DNA from: an uncultured virus (IMG/VR IMGVR_UViG_3300031992_002320)
Taxonomy: Duplodnaviria; Heunggongvirae; Uroviricota; Caudoviricetes
Direction: 5' to 3' (one strand)
IMG/VR virus record: IMGVR_UViG_3300031992_002320
DNA length: 64,000 nt
Made by a program: the position numbers and the translations under genes. This document shows, in pieces, positions 29,217 through 38,199 of the stretch. The number at the start of each line of letters is the position of its first letter. Within the stretch, counting starts at the first letter, position 1. The notes under the pieces were generated by a model. It was given only the letters and a program-made list of their open reading frames with translations. It had not been told where the DNA came from and ran no database searches.

Positions 29217-30134
29217 ATGCATTATGGTATTACTTATGTTGGCAATAAGTCCAAGGTAATGGAGCAGGTCATTGGGTGTATGCCCGCTGCGGACACTTTT
29301 GTGGATTTGTTCGGTGGTGGTGGTGCGGTTACGCATGCTGCAATCTTATCCAACAAGTACCAGAACTTTAAGGTTAACGATATCGACGGTAGGGCCTTGC
29401 GATTATTTCGCAAGAGCCTTGCCGGTGATTTCATAGGTAAATCTCCGGATTGGGTTACTCGTGATGTGTTCCTTGCTAATAAGCGCAAGGCACCACATGA
29501 GCAGGATCCGGAGGTTTCTTTGTTTTGGTCGTTTTCGTCTGGTATGGAGAGTTATGTAGTTTCGCTGGCTGATTACAAACTGAAGTATGGTTTGTTTATG
29601 TTGGCCTATCATAACGATTCATCTGCGCTCAAGGGCTTGTTGCCTGATGCGGTTTGGTCGGCGTTGCCCGATTATAGTGCTTATCCTTATACGCAGGCTA
29701 TGAGTAGTTACTGTGCGTGGTTTGGGGATTGCATCAAGAGTGGTATGCTCTCCAAGGATTTCGCGCCTCTCACCAAGTTTCAGCCCAATCAGGGTTATAG
29801 CAATGCTGGTGAGTTGTATAAGTCGGTTGGGTTCGCTGCGGATAATATTTCCTATACTTTTGGTTCATATGATGAAGTTGAGTTTGATGGGGATTGTGTT
29901 GTGTATTGTGATATCCCCTATCGTGATACTTGTACGGCTGGTTATGAGCCGATAGATTACGAGAAGTTCTATCAGTGGGCTTTGGATGTGAGCAAGAAGC
30001 ATCCGTTGTTCATCAGTGAATATAATATGCCCGAGGATAGATTCGATTTATTTATGGAGATGCCAACCCGTTGTGGGTTAAATCGTGAGGCTGCTGTGGA
30101 GCGTCTCTTTGTGCCTAAGGGCGGATGTATTTAG
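29217..30134 (+). CDS. DNA adenine methyltransferase (Dam/D12 class), orphan
   Basis: YVGNKSK, FVDLFGGGG, VNDID, VVYCDIPY, ISEY. Confidence 0.88.
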   Translation: MHYGITYVGNKSKVMEQVIGCMPAADTFVDLFGGGGAVTHAAILSNKYQNFKVNDIDGRALRLFRKSLAGDFIGKSPDWVTRDVFLANKRKAPHEQDPEVSLFWSFSSGMESYVVSLADYKLKYGLFMLAYHNDSSALKGLLPDAVWSALPDYSAYPYTQAMSSYCAWFGDCIKSGMLSKDFAPLTKFQPNQGYSNAGELYKSVGFAADNISYTFGSYDEVEFDGDCVVYCDIPYRDTCTAGYEPIDYEKFYQWALDVSKKHPLFISEYNMPEDRFDLFMEMPTRCGLNREAAVERLFVPKGGCI

Positions 30135-30145
30135 GAGGATCTGTT

Positions 30146-30874
30146 ATGAAGCGTAAGATTAGTTTGGGTTTGGTTTGTGTCATGTTGATGTGCATGCTCT
30201 CTGGTTGTGGTAATGAGTGGAAGACCAAGTATGAGGACCTCTCGGTTCAGTACAATAATCTTCGTAATGCTTATTCCGTGGCTGTTGCGAGCAATGCTGG
30301 TGTGGGTGGTATTCCCACTTATGATGGCACTTTTGATTATGGTGAGGCTGGTTGGGTGTTCCCACAGAACTTTGGGTATCCGGGTTCGACGGGTGCTCTG
30401 CCGGGAATGACTGTTACTTGTGGTGGTGGAGTTTGTACTTGTACAGTTACTCAGGGTTGGGCTGCTACTTGTGAGAGTAATGTGATTTATCTTTATAATC
30501 CGGGACTTGGTGTGAGTGGTTGTATCCGTGTGGGTGATCATTCTGCATCTACTCTTACCACTGGTGAGAAGGTGGTTGTTGATGCAGCAGCACTTAAGAC
30601 TTATCTCGCAGCCTATATTGGGGATGCTGGTACTGGTGTGAAGTATCGTGATATTTATCTTGGTACTACGGCGAATCCCGGTGTTGGGGCTGATTGTTCA
30701 GTTCTCGTAGATGGTTCGGATACTGCACAGGTTCGTGTTGGTCTTGTTGGGGATTCAACATCGGATGTCACTTATGTGTTTATCTATCATGGTGCGGTTG
30801 ATTCGGCTGTGGATCAGGCCATCTTGAGTTTACTTGGTTCGGTTACTTTGTCCAATAAGAAATTGGAGGTTTAA
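30146..30874 (+). CDS. Putative lipoprotein
   Basis: MKRK, hydrophobic stretch, LSGC lipobox, short coiled coil; AGGAGG RBS. Confidence 0.75.
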   Translation: MKRKISLGLVCVMLMCMLSGCGNEWKTKYEDLSVQYNNLRNAYSVAVASNAGVGGIPTYDGTFDYGEAGWVFPQNFGYPGSTGALPGMTVTCGGGVCTCTVTQGWAATCESNVIYLYNPGLGVSGCIRVGDHSASTLTTGEKVVVDAAALKTYLAAYIGDAGTGVKYRDIYLGTTANPGVGADCSVLVDGSDTAQVRVGLVGDSTSDVTYVFIYHGAVDSAVDQAILSLLGSVTLSNKKLEV

Positions 30875-30879
30875 GGTCT

Positions 30880-32442
30880 ATGAGTTTTGCGATTGGTACA
30901 TTCAATGAGCCTTATGTGGGCAACATTAATGAGCATATTCGTGATCAGGTAGATGACATCATGGGGCGTTCTGAAGTAGGGGCGCCTTTTGATTCGCTCT
31001 TTGAGAATTGTCTTTTGGAGTGTGATTGGGAAGATGCCATGAAGGAGCATCGTGATGTCAATGAGTCCGAGAGGCACCTTGGAGGGGCTCGTTGGTATCA
31101 GTTTCAGGCTGCAATTAAGACCTTGCTTATCAAGCGTCAGCTTCTTGCCGATGAGTGTGGTTTAGGTAAGACGGTTGAGGTTTGTATCTTTGTCAATCTG
31201 CTTCATATGATTCCCAATGGGGAGGTGCCTACCTTTATCGTGTGTGCCCCGGATGCTGTTGTGGCTAAGCAGTGGCAGAAGGCGTTGCTTAAGTTCTGTG
31301 GGTTATATTTCCCTATCATTGGGGCTTCGGATGTTGAGGGATATAAGGACAGTGTTTTGAATGGGCATGGTTGTATCGTCAATCATAAGATGCTCAATAA
31401 TCATAATTCTGCCTTGGCGGATACGGCTCTTGGTGGTTGCATGACTCGTAAGGTGGCTTTCATCCTTGATGAGAGTGCTTGTGTTAAGAACCGTAATTCC
31501 TTGACTTATCAGAGGATGCAGATCTTTGCTCAGCATGTTGAGTATTTGGTTATGTGTAATGCCACGGCATATGAGATGCAGTTGGAGGATATGTTCACTC
31601 AGTTTAATCTGCTTGAGCCGGAGATTCTCCATAATGTCACTTGGATGCGCAATCATTATGTGACTATGGGTAAGCGCAAGATTTGGAAGGGCCGTGGTAA
31701 GTATATTGAGGCGTGGACGCCTATCGGTTATCATGATCAGGATGCCTTTAGGATTCGTGTTAAGTGGTGGTTCATTTCGCGTGGTCGTAAGGAGCTTGGT
31801 CTCGAGGAGGAGGATTGGTCTACTGTTGATATCACAGCACACATTGTGGATCTTTCGGTTGAGCAGAAGGCTTATTGTAAGTCGCATAAGTCCAAGTCGA
31901 ATTGGGATGAGGCTCTGAACTGTCCTATGATGCTTGCTGGGTGTGGCCTTACTCTTGATGGTGCGCCTAAGGTTGAGGAGTTCTGCAGGGTTTATGGGGC
32001 TCCCGGTGTGACCGGTGTGATGGTGTATTGCTTCCATATTCGAACCTGTGATTATTTGGCTGATAGGTTGCGTAGTTTAGGAAAATCGGTGGGGGTTATC
32101 AATGGATCCACGAAGCCTTCAGATAGGTTGGCTGCTGTTGAGGGATTCAATAGTGGTACAGTGGATATCTTGATTACCAATACGGTTAAGGGTATGGACC
32201 TTGATGGTGGTAGTGGTGTGGTTATCATGAGTCCTCTTGGTAATCCGGCGAGGGTTCTGCAGGTACTCAGCCGTATCCGTCGTGGTACATCCGATGCTGG
32301 TAAGACTTTTGATATCTTCTGCTATCGTACTTGGGAGCTTGGGTTGTACAAGAATGCTTTTGAGTCAGCTCGAATGATGTGTGATTTTCAGGGTACTCGT
32401 AATGAGTTTCTATTAAATGTTTTAGGCAAGTTGAATGCCTAA
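30880..32442 (+). CDS. SNF2-family helicase/ATPase (divergent)
   Basis: YQ, LLADECGLGKT, ILDESA, NATA, GMDL, QVLSRIRR. Confidence 0.85.
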   Translation: MSFAIGTFNEPYVGNINEHIRDQVDDIMGRSEVGAPFDSLFENCLLECDWEDAMKEHRDVNESERHLGGARWYQFQAAIKTLLIKRQLLADECGLGKTVEVCIFVNLLHMIPNGEVPTFIVCAPDAVVAKQWQKALLKFCGLYFPIIGASDVEGYKDSVLNGHGCIVNHKMLNNHNSALADTALGGCMTRKVAFILDESACVKNRNSLTYQRMQIFAQHVEYLVMCNATAYEMQLEDMFTQFNLLEPEILHNVTWMRNHYVTMGKRKIWKGRGKYIEAWTPIGYHDQDAFRIRVKWWFISRGRKELGLEEEDWSTVDITAHIVDLSVEQKAYCKSHKSKSNWDEALNCPMMLAGCGLTLDGAPKVEEFCRVYGAPGVTGVMVYCFHIRTCDYLADRLRSLGKSVGVINGSTKPSDRLAAVEGFNSGTVDILITNTVKGMDLDGGSGVVIMSPLGNPARVLQVLSRIRRGTSDAGKTFDIFCYRTWELGLYKNAFESARMMCDFQGTRNEFLLNVLGKLNA

Positions 32443-32884
32443 TGTGGAGGTTAAGGACATGAGATATGGTAATGGTATTTCCTTTGAGGGAGCTTGTAAG
32501 TTGGACAAGGAGCGTATCCGTAAGGCGTTCGAGAATAAGACGATTGTGGATTGGGATGAGGACGGTAATCCCATCTGTGAGGATGTGAGTGCCGAGCAGG
32601 CTCAGGAGGAGATTATCTCTATTTTCGATAACTGTGTTTATCAGGGTATCGAGGCTCTTCGTACTGGTAGGGTTCTTGAGCGGATGATCAAGGATGCCAC
32701 TGGTAAGGTTGCGGATCAGAAGACTTTTATGAAGCTCTACATGGAGGATTCGGCCAAGGGTGGTGAGTATGAGTATGATGGAGATGTTGATCTGGCTGAG
32801 TCTGCTGTTGACGGGGACGATGATGCCGAAGATGATAATATTCCCGGACAGCTTACTCTCGATGATTGGGATGATCTGAAGTAA
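32435..32884 (+). CDS. Acidic hypothetical protein
   Basis: 149 aa; overlaps the previous stop; C-terminal IPGQLTLDD resembles a sliding-clamp-binding motif. Confidence 0.7.
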   Translation: MPNVEVKDMRYGNGISFEGACKLDKERIRKAFENKTIVDWDEDGNPICEDVSAEQAQEEIISIFDNCVYQGIEALRTGRVLERMIKDATGKVADQKTFMKLYMEDSAKGGEYEYDGDVDLAESAVDGDDDAEDDNIPGQLTLDDWDDLK

Positions 32885-32909
32885 CTTTTACTAAAGGTGG
32901 ATTGATGAT

Positions 32910-33680
32910 ATGTTGATGATTTTTGATAAGTCCGTCGAGGACATCTGTCGAGAGGGGGATCCCATTCTCGACCTTGAACTTGTGAATAGAGGGCTCGCTG
33001 CTCATGAGGGTTTTGCAAAGGATCCTTATGGGAGTTGCATAGGTTTTGGGATGCACTTTCCGAGCACTTGTAAGAGTTATAGAGATGCTTGTAATGGTTT
33101 CAAGGGTTTTGACCTTGCGATGAATGGCATCATTGGTATTCTTGATAGGATGCGTGATGCTGATACTGCTGCGGGTGTTTGTTGTAATCTTGTTCTCACA
33201 TTCCCACCGGGGATGGGGCAGGAGGTTATCACCACTCTGATGCAGTTCTATGTGAAGAGATTTTTCTTAAGGAGTTCCATTGAGTGTGGGGGCGTTTCGG
33301 GTTTGATACACACTTATGACCTTGGGTTTTTGAAGGAGGGTATCACGGATGAGTACCGTGGCCATAATTTCCGAGGTATCTTAAGTGGTGGTATTCTATG
33401 TATCCGTCTCTCTGGTGATGTGACCTATGATACACGGCTTCTTCGTGGTGTATTATCTTATCGGGCATCACATTTCGGTGTGGACTCTTTTTTGACTGTT
33501 ATTGTTAATGAGTTCAGTGCCTTGCTCTATACTGGTGATGGGTTTAACGGAACATCGTTCTGGAATCCATTTTTCAGAGGGAGCGGGTTTTCCCATTACT
33601 ATACCTACTACCTGAATGACAGGGAGGATGGGAATATAGATATGGGTGAGCTGGTATCAAAGTTGGACAGTGTAATATAA
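32910..33680 (+). CDS. Hypothetical protein, possibly a degenerate DnaC/IstB-like P-loop fold
   Basis: LVLTFPPGMGQE at a P-loop-like position without Lys; LRGVLSYR...TVIV; near the DnaB-like gene; weak. Confidence 0.45.
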   Translation: MLMIFDKSVEDICREGDPILDLELVNRGLAAHEGFAKDPYGSCIGFGMHFPSTCKSYRDACNGFKGFDLAMNGIIGILDRMRDADTAAGVCCNLVLTFPPGMGQEVITTLMQFYVKRFFLRSSIECGGVSGLIHTYDLGFLKEGITDEYRGHNFRGILSGGILCIRLSGDVTYDTRLLRGVLSYRASHFGVDSFLTVIVNEFSALLYTGDGFNGTSFWNPFFRGSGFSHYYTYYLNDREDGNIDMGELVSKLDSVI

Positions 33681-33693
33681 ATGTTTTAGGAGG

Positions 33694-34431
33694 GTGTATG
33701 ATATGGTGACTTTGGGGGATTTGTTAATTCCTATACTGAGCAAGAAGCCGGGGGTGTACTGCAGGGTACGTTTAAAGCCTTTTGAGGGCCAGCTTCGTGT
33801 GAATGGGGGTAGATGTGTTGTTTATGATAATTCTGCAGCACCCATTGTAAATCTCAGAGGGGATTGTTCCTTTGATGGTGGTTTGCTTGATGTGAATGTT
33901 AATGGTCTTGGTGGTGAGGGCGGAAGTATACTTCGTATAGCCGCACCCGATGGATCTTTTTATAGCATGCGTGGTCTCGGAGCCAAGGATTTCTGTGGTA
34001 CCATCTATCTGTTGGGTGATCTTGCTGTGACTTATAAGGATGGTCACATTATGGAGCGCAGTGCGATGGGTGCTGGTCATTACTTGGATGACTTGGATGC
34101 TGATCGTTTTATTTACTATCATCCCGACACTACTGTATTTGGGCTTCGTGCCGTTTACAGTGCTCTTGGTGGTGATAATGGTAATTCGGGCCGTGTTGAA
34201 GGTCTTGCGGGTAATGCTGTTGAGGCCGTTCCGGGGTACAGTGTTGATGCGGTTATCAAGGGTGTCAGCAGTGGAGATGTTCTCGGCTATGTTCTTATGG
34301 ATTCTCTTGGTGTTGCGCATAATTTCCGTGAGGATGATGTCAAATACTTCATCTCTATGGGCCGTGTCGGAGGTGTGTCCGATATAAGCGATTTGGATTC
34401 TATGGATCTACGCGTTGTTTGGACAAGATAG
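33694..34431 (+). CDS. Hypothetical protein
   Basis: 245 aa ORF with AGGAGG RBS. Confidence 0.75.
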   Translation: MYDMVTLGDLLIPILSKKPGVYCRVRLKPFEGQLRVNGGRCVVYDNSAAPIVNLRGDCSFDGGLLDVNVNGLGGEGGSILRIAAPDGSFYSMRGLGAKDFCGTIYLLGDLAVTYKDGHIMERSAMGAGHYLDDLDADRFIYYHPDTTVFGLRAVYSALGGDNGNSGRVEGLAGNAVEAVPGYSVDAVIKGVSSGDVLGYVLMDSLGVAHNFREDDVKYFISMGRVGGVSDISDLDSMDLRVVWTR

Positions 34432-34467
34432 TTCATAAGATTTTGATGGTTTGGAGGGATTGTAGTT

Positions 34468-36021
34468 ATGAGAACTTTTAGGGATTCCATTGCGGATTCT
34501 AAACTACCTATCATTTTTGGTCGTTTGATATCTGCCGGCGGTGTTGATGCCGACATGGATCAGTTGGATTTTTTCAGAGGTGAGTTTCCGAAGAATATCT
34601 TCCCGGATGAGTATTGCCCCTTATATGCGTTTATCATGAGCAAGCACATTTCTGGTGGTGATGTTTCATGGGAGCTCTTACTCGATGCGGACCGTGCTTC
34701 GTTCCTTAACAGTGAGAATATCATCAAGGACAGATGTCTTGGTGGTGTTAATGTTACCGAGGAGAGTTTCTGGGTTCAGTTCAAGCTATTGGTACTTGAT
34801 ATCGTTGGTAAGTGTCGTGATTTGAGTGTGAGTCAGCAGGATTTCCTTGATGCGGTTAAGGTTTATAAGGCTTGGTATTTGGATAGATTCTATGTGGACC
34901 TTTTGGAGGTTTGTACAAGGATAGATCTTTCAGGTGGCTGGGTTTATAGGCGTGGTCGTAGATGTTTCTTACAGGGTTATACAGGTGCCAAGTCCTATTA
35001 TGCGGATCAGCTTTTGTTGCTTGAGTCTTTGCGCAATAATAAGGGTTCCGGCACCGTTTCTATTGATGAGAGTTGGTTGACCAACGGTTTCTTGGAGATG
35101 CGTAAGGGGTATAACACCATCGTGGACTTTGGTTTAGCCCCGGTTGATAAGACGATGAAGTTCTGCAAGGGGCATCTTATTGGTATTGCTGGTCCTCCGA
35201 AGGGTGGTAAGACAAGGACCGCCGTTTATATGGTTGCTCGTTGTTTACTCCGTGGGTTGAATGTTTGTGTTTGGCCTTTGGAGGGTTCTGTGAATGAGTG
35301 GTTGTCGATGGTTGGTGCCTCCATCATTGCACAGGAGAAGGAGATTCTCACCGCGTCTGGTGTGCATGTGCCTTATATTTCGAGTATGGATTTCCTTGGT
35401 GGCACGAAGTCAGCCGATGCTGATGTGCAGATTACTGGGGTGCTTACTGCTCTTGCCACTCATAGTGGTTTTGGTTCTTGTCGACAGCTCGGTAGGCTCG
35501 AGTTCATTGAGCAGAGTGCCGAGGCTGGTTCTTTCTTGGATGTTCTGGATACCAAGTTTGAGGGTAGGAGTTCGGAGCTTGTGCCCGATGTTCTTGTTAT
35601 TGATCCCTTGATTAACATTCTTGGTGATGGATCTGTTTCCAAGTCCGAGCGTATCAGTGATTGTTACATACGTTTCAAGGATTATGTTCAGCATAAGCGT
35701 AATGTTCTTGGTATTGTTCCTTGTCAGCTCAAACAGGAGAGTATCAAGGCGTTGAAGGGACATGCGGATGCCACTCTTGATGAGACGAGTGGTGGTGAAT
35801 CTTCAGAGACCATCCGTACCCCGGATTATGTCATCGGTATTTATGCATCCGATGAGGAGCGTGCGGAGTCTCGTCAGAGAATTTACTGTGTTGCCAATAG
35901 GCATGGAGCGGCGTTTCAGATGTTCTATGCTCATATGGATTTTGGATGTTGTTGTTATAGTCCCGATGATGCTGCAAGGATGGTTAATCTTCCATCTGCT
36001 GTTGCGGCTGTTGGTCAGTAA
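34468..36021 (+). CDS. DnaB-like (SF4) replicative helicase, divergent
   Basis: GIAGPPKGGKT, WPLEG, LVIDPL, CQL, SSETIRTPDYVI, NRHG correspond to H1, H1a, H2, H3 and H4. Confidence 0.8.
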   Translation: MRTFRDSIADSKLPIIFGRLISAGGVDADMDQLDFFRGEFPKNIFPDEYCPLYAFIMSKHISGGDVSWELLLDADRASFLNSENIIKDRCLGGVNVTEESFWVQFKLLVLDIVGKCRDLSVSQQDFLDAVKVYKAWYLDRFYVDLLEVCTRIDLSGGWVYRRGRRCFLQGYTGAKSYYADQLLLLESLRNNKGSGTVSIDESWLTNGFLEMRKGYNTIVDFGLAPVDKTMKFCKGHLIGIAGPPKGGKTRTAVYMVARCLLRGLNVCVWPLEGSVNEWLSMVGASIIAQEKEILTASGVHVPYISSMDFLGGTKSADADVQITGVLTALATHSGFGSCRQLGRLEFIEQSAEAGSFLDVLDTKFEGRSSELVPDVLVIDPLINILGDGSVSKSERISDCYIRFKDYVQHKRNVLGIVPCQLKQESIKALKGHADATLDETSGGESSETIRTPDYVIGIYASDEERAESRQRIYCVANRHGAAFQMFYAHMDFGCCCYSPDDAARMVNLPSAVAAVGQ

Positions 36022-36039
36022 TGTTTTGGAGGTGTTCAT

Positions 36040-36729
36040 ATGGATGTGAGTGCATTACTTGGTGGTGGTCACGGTGAGGATATGGAGGCCGTGTATGATT
36101 TGTTGGTAGGATGGGGTTCTAATGATCCCTCTTGTCCGCAGGCGGATGTGGCTTGTTATCTTACCGAGCAGGAGAAGGCGGATGTGGATGCCCTTTGTGA
36201 GCGTTTGAATGGTGTCATCTCTGGTGTGGTTGTTGTGGATAGTGATGTTGAGGATCTTGGTGGGGATGCTGCCCTTTATGGTGATGAGAAGGACATCAAG
36301 TGTTGTGTCATCCATTTCCGTCCCGAGCTTGTTTATGGGGTTTGGTGTATGTTTGCCAAGGATGATGTCAAGAGTTTTCTTGAGGACCGCAAGGAGATCA
36401 TGAAATCCTTGTATGCTGATGTGGCTGCGGACTTGCGCAAGATTCTTTCGAGTGGGACCTACAGGAATGGGGATGACTATTATCTCTATGCGGGATCCGA
36501 GAGTGGTCTGATGCCGGGGTTTGGTAGTTTCAATGGGACCTCTTATTGGAGGATTACGGAGATTGGTTATTTCGACCTTTGTACCGTGGTTTCGAAGGCA
36601 CTTATCAATTCGGGTATTCCGAAGGCTCTCGGTTATGAGTCCGCGGAGATGCCCAAGGATTTCTTTACCGTGAGGGGTGTTGTGGGTAATAACATCATCT
36701 TCGGTTTGGATTTCAATGTTTTTGAGTGA
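36040..36729 (+). CDS. Hypothetical protein
   Basis: GGAGGTG RBS, 229 aa. Confidence 0.75.
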   Translation: MDVSALLGGGHGEDMEAVYDLLVGWGSNDPSCPQADVACYLTEQEKADVDALCERLNGVISGVVVVDSDVEDLGGDAALYGDEKDIKCCVIHFRPELVYGVWCMFAKDDVKSFLEDRKEIMKSLYADVAADLRKILSSGTYRNGDDYYLYAGSESGLMPGFGSFNGTSYWRITEIGYFDLCTVVSKALINSGIPKALGYESAEMPKDFFTVRGVVGNNIIFGLDFNVFE

Positions 36730-36739
36730 GGTTGAGCTT

Positions 36740-37192
36740 ATGAGTTTTGTTACTTTCTCGTTTCTCGTCTTTGGTGTGCTCATACTGGTAATGCTGGGTT
36801 CTCTGTTTATTGTTGATCGGCTTTATATACTTCTTGTTGAGGGGATTGTGGCACTTGTGATCATAGTGAGTCTTGGGTGTATCGGTGGTAGTCCCTATAC
36901 CGATACGGTAGTGGGTAAGTTTGAGATTGTGCCGGTGGATGGTTCTTATCTGCTTTGGGTGGGTAGGACTGGTTCATCCCTTAAGGTGTTTGTGGAGTCG
37001 GAGAATGGTACTGGTTATGTGACCAAGCCGCTTGATGATTATGTGTTTGTGGGTGATGTTGCGGATGATGAGCCTTGTTATGTGGATGTATTGGATAGGG
37101 AGCGTCATTGGTTGTTTATAAAGGTCAAGACGAAGGCGTATGCCGTTCATCTTCACGAGGATATGACAGGAGGTAGAGATGACCGTGGGTGA
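36740..37192 (+). CDS. Membrane protein
   Basis: Two N-terminal TM helices; start moved to ATG 36740. Confidence 0.7.
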   Translation: MSFVTFSFLVFGVLILVMLGSLFIVDRLYILLVEGIVALVIIVSLGCIGGSPYTDTVVGKFEIVPVDGSYLLWVGRTGSSLKVFVESENGTGYVTKPLDDYVFVGDVADDEPCYVDVLDRERHWLFIKVKTKAYAVHLHEDMTGGRDDRG

Positions 37193-38129
37193 GGAAAGGG
37201 ATCATTTTGGTTATGATCCGGTTACGGATACTTATGAGGATGTGAAGGATAAGGGTGGTTTATCTGGAATCCAATGGGGGATTATCCTTAGTGTGATTAT
37301 CGCGATTATCATTGGTGTTCTGTTCGCATTGGTTGCGTATCCGTATCTGAAGGAGCATATGTGGGATCATGAGGCGCCTCCCTTTGATCTGGATGATGAT
37401 TTCAAGGCGATGTGGGAGTCCACGGCTTGTGTGGCCGTGGGGGAGAGTGTTGCGGAGGCCTTTAGTTCTGCAGATGTTGATGAGGTGTTGGACTCGGACA
37501 CGATTGTGTTCGATGTTCCGTTGCGTGAGAAGGCTGCTAAGGGCCCCGGTGGTGAGATCCGCTGGGGTTCTTCCATTATTGAGGCTGTGCCCGATGTGGT
37601 GGAGTCAGAGGAGGTGGAGTCCGAGGGGGCCTCGGCTACGCCTGCTGCCCCGGTTCTGACGGTGGATGATTATCTTGGTCTGGTGCCCGATGATGTTCGG
37701 GAGGCTTTTAGGGCCACGGGGTTCTCTGTGGTTAAGATGGACCGTGATTTGGGGACATTTCTCTATGGTGAGGGTGGTCAGAAGGTTCTTGGTGCCACGG
37801 ATCCGGCCAATAAGGTGGTTTATATCGATCAGAGGGACTGTGCGAATGCCGCCATTCTTCACGAGATGGGCCACGTGTTCGATTTTGCTGGTGGAGGCTT
37901 GGGACATGGCTGTGATGAGTTTCAGGGGCTCTACGGGGTGAATTGGAGGTCTTGGTGGAGCTCTTATGGGATGGATGTGAGCAATTATGATACCCCTTTG
38001 GAGGGTTATGCTCAGTGTTTTGAGATTTATTTCTTGAAGCCGGAGTGTCTGGATGAGGCCACGAGGGGGTTCATTTCGTCAGAGTTGGCGAGGATAGTAC
38101 AGTTTTGGGTATCAAATGAGGTTTTGTAG
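37179..38129 (+). CDS. Membrane-anchored zinc metallopeptidase (anthrax-LF/PPEP-like zincin)
   Basis: One TM helix; ILHEMGHVFD; downstream EGYAQCFEIYF. Confidence 0.75.
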   Translation: MTVGEERDHFGYDPVTDTYEDVKDKGGLSGIQWGIILSVIIAIIIGVLFALVAYPYLKEHMWDHEAPPFDLDDDFKAMWESTACVAVGESVAEAFSSADVDEVLDSDTIVFDVPLREKAAKGPGGEIRWGSSIIEAVPDVVESEEVESEGASATPAAPVLTVDDYLGLVPDDVREAFRATGFSVVKMDRDLGTFLYGEGGQKVLGATDPANKVVYIDQRDCANAAILHEMGHVFDFAGGGLGHGCDEFQGLYGVNWRSWWSSYGMDVSNYDTPLEGYAQCFEIYFLKPECLDEATRGFISSELARIVQFWVSNEVL

Positions 38130-38199
38130 TGTTTTTTGATATTTGGGGTGTATTTTGTGTGTATGAGCGCATAGGTGTGGTTCTAAATGTTTTTGGAGG

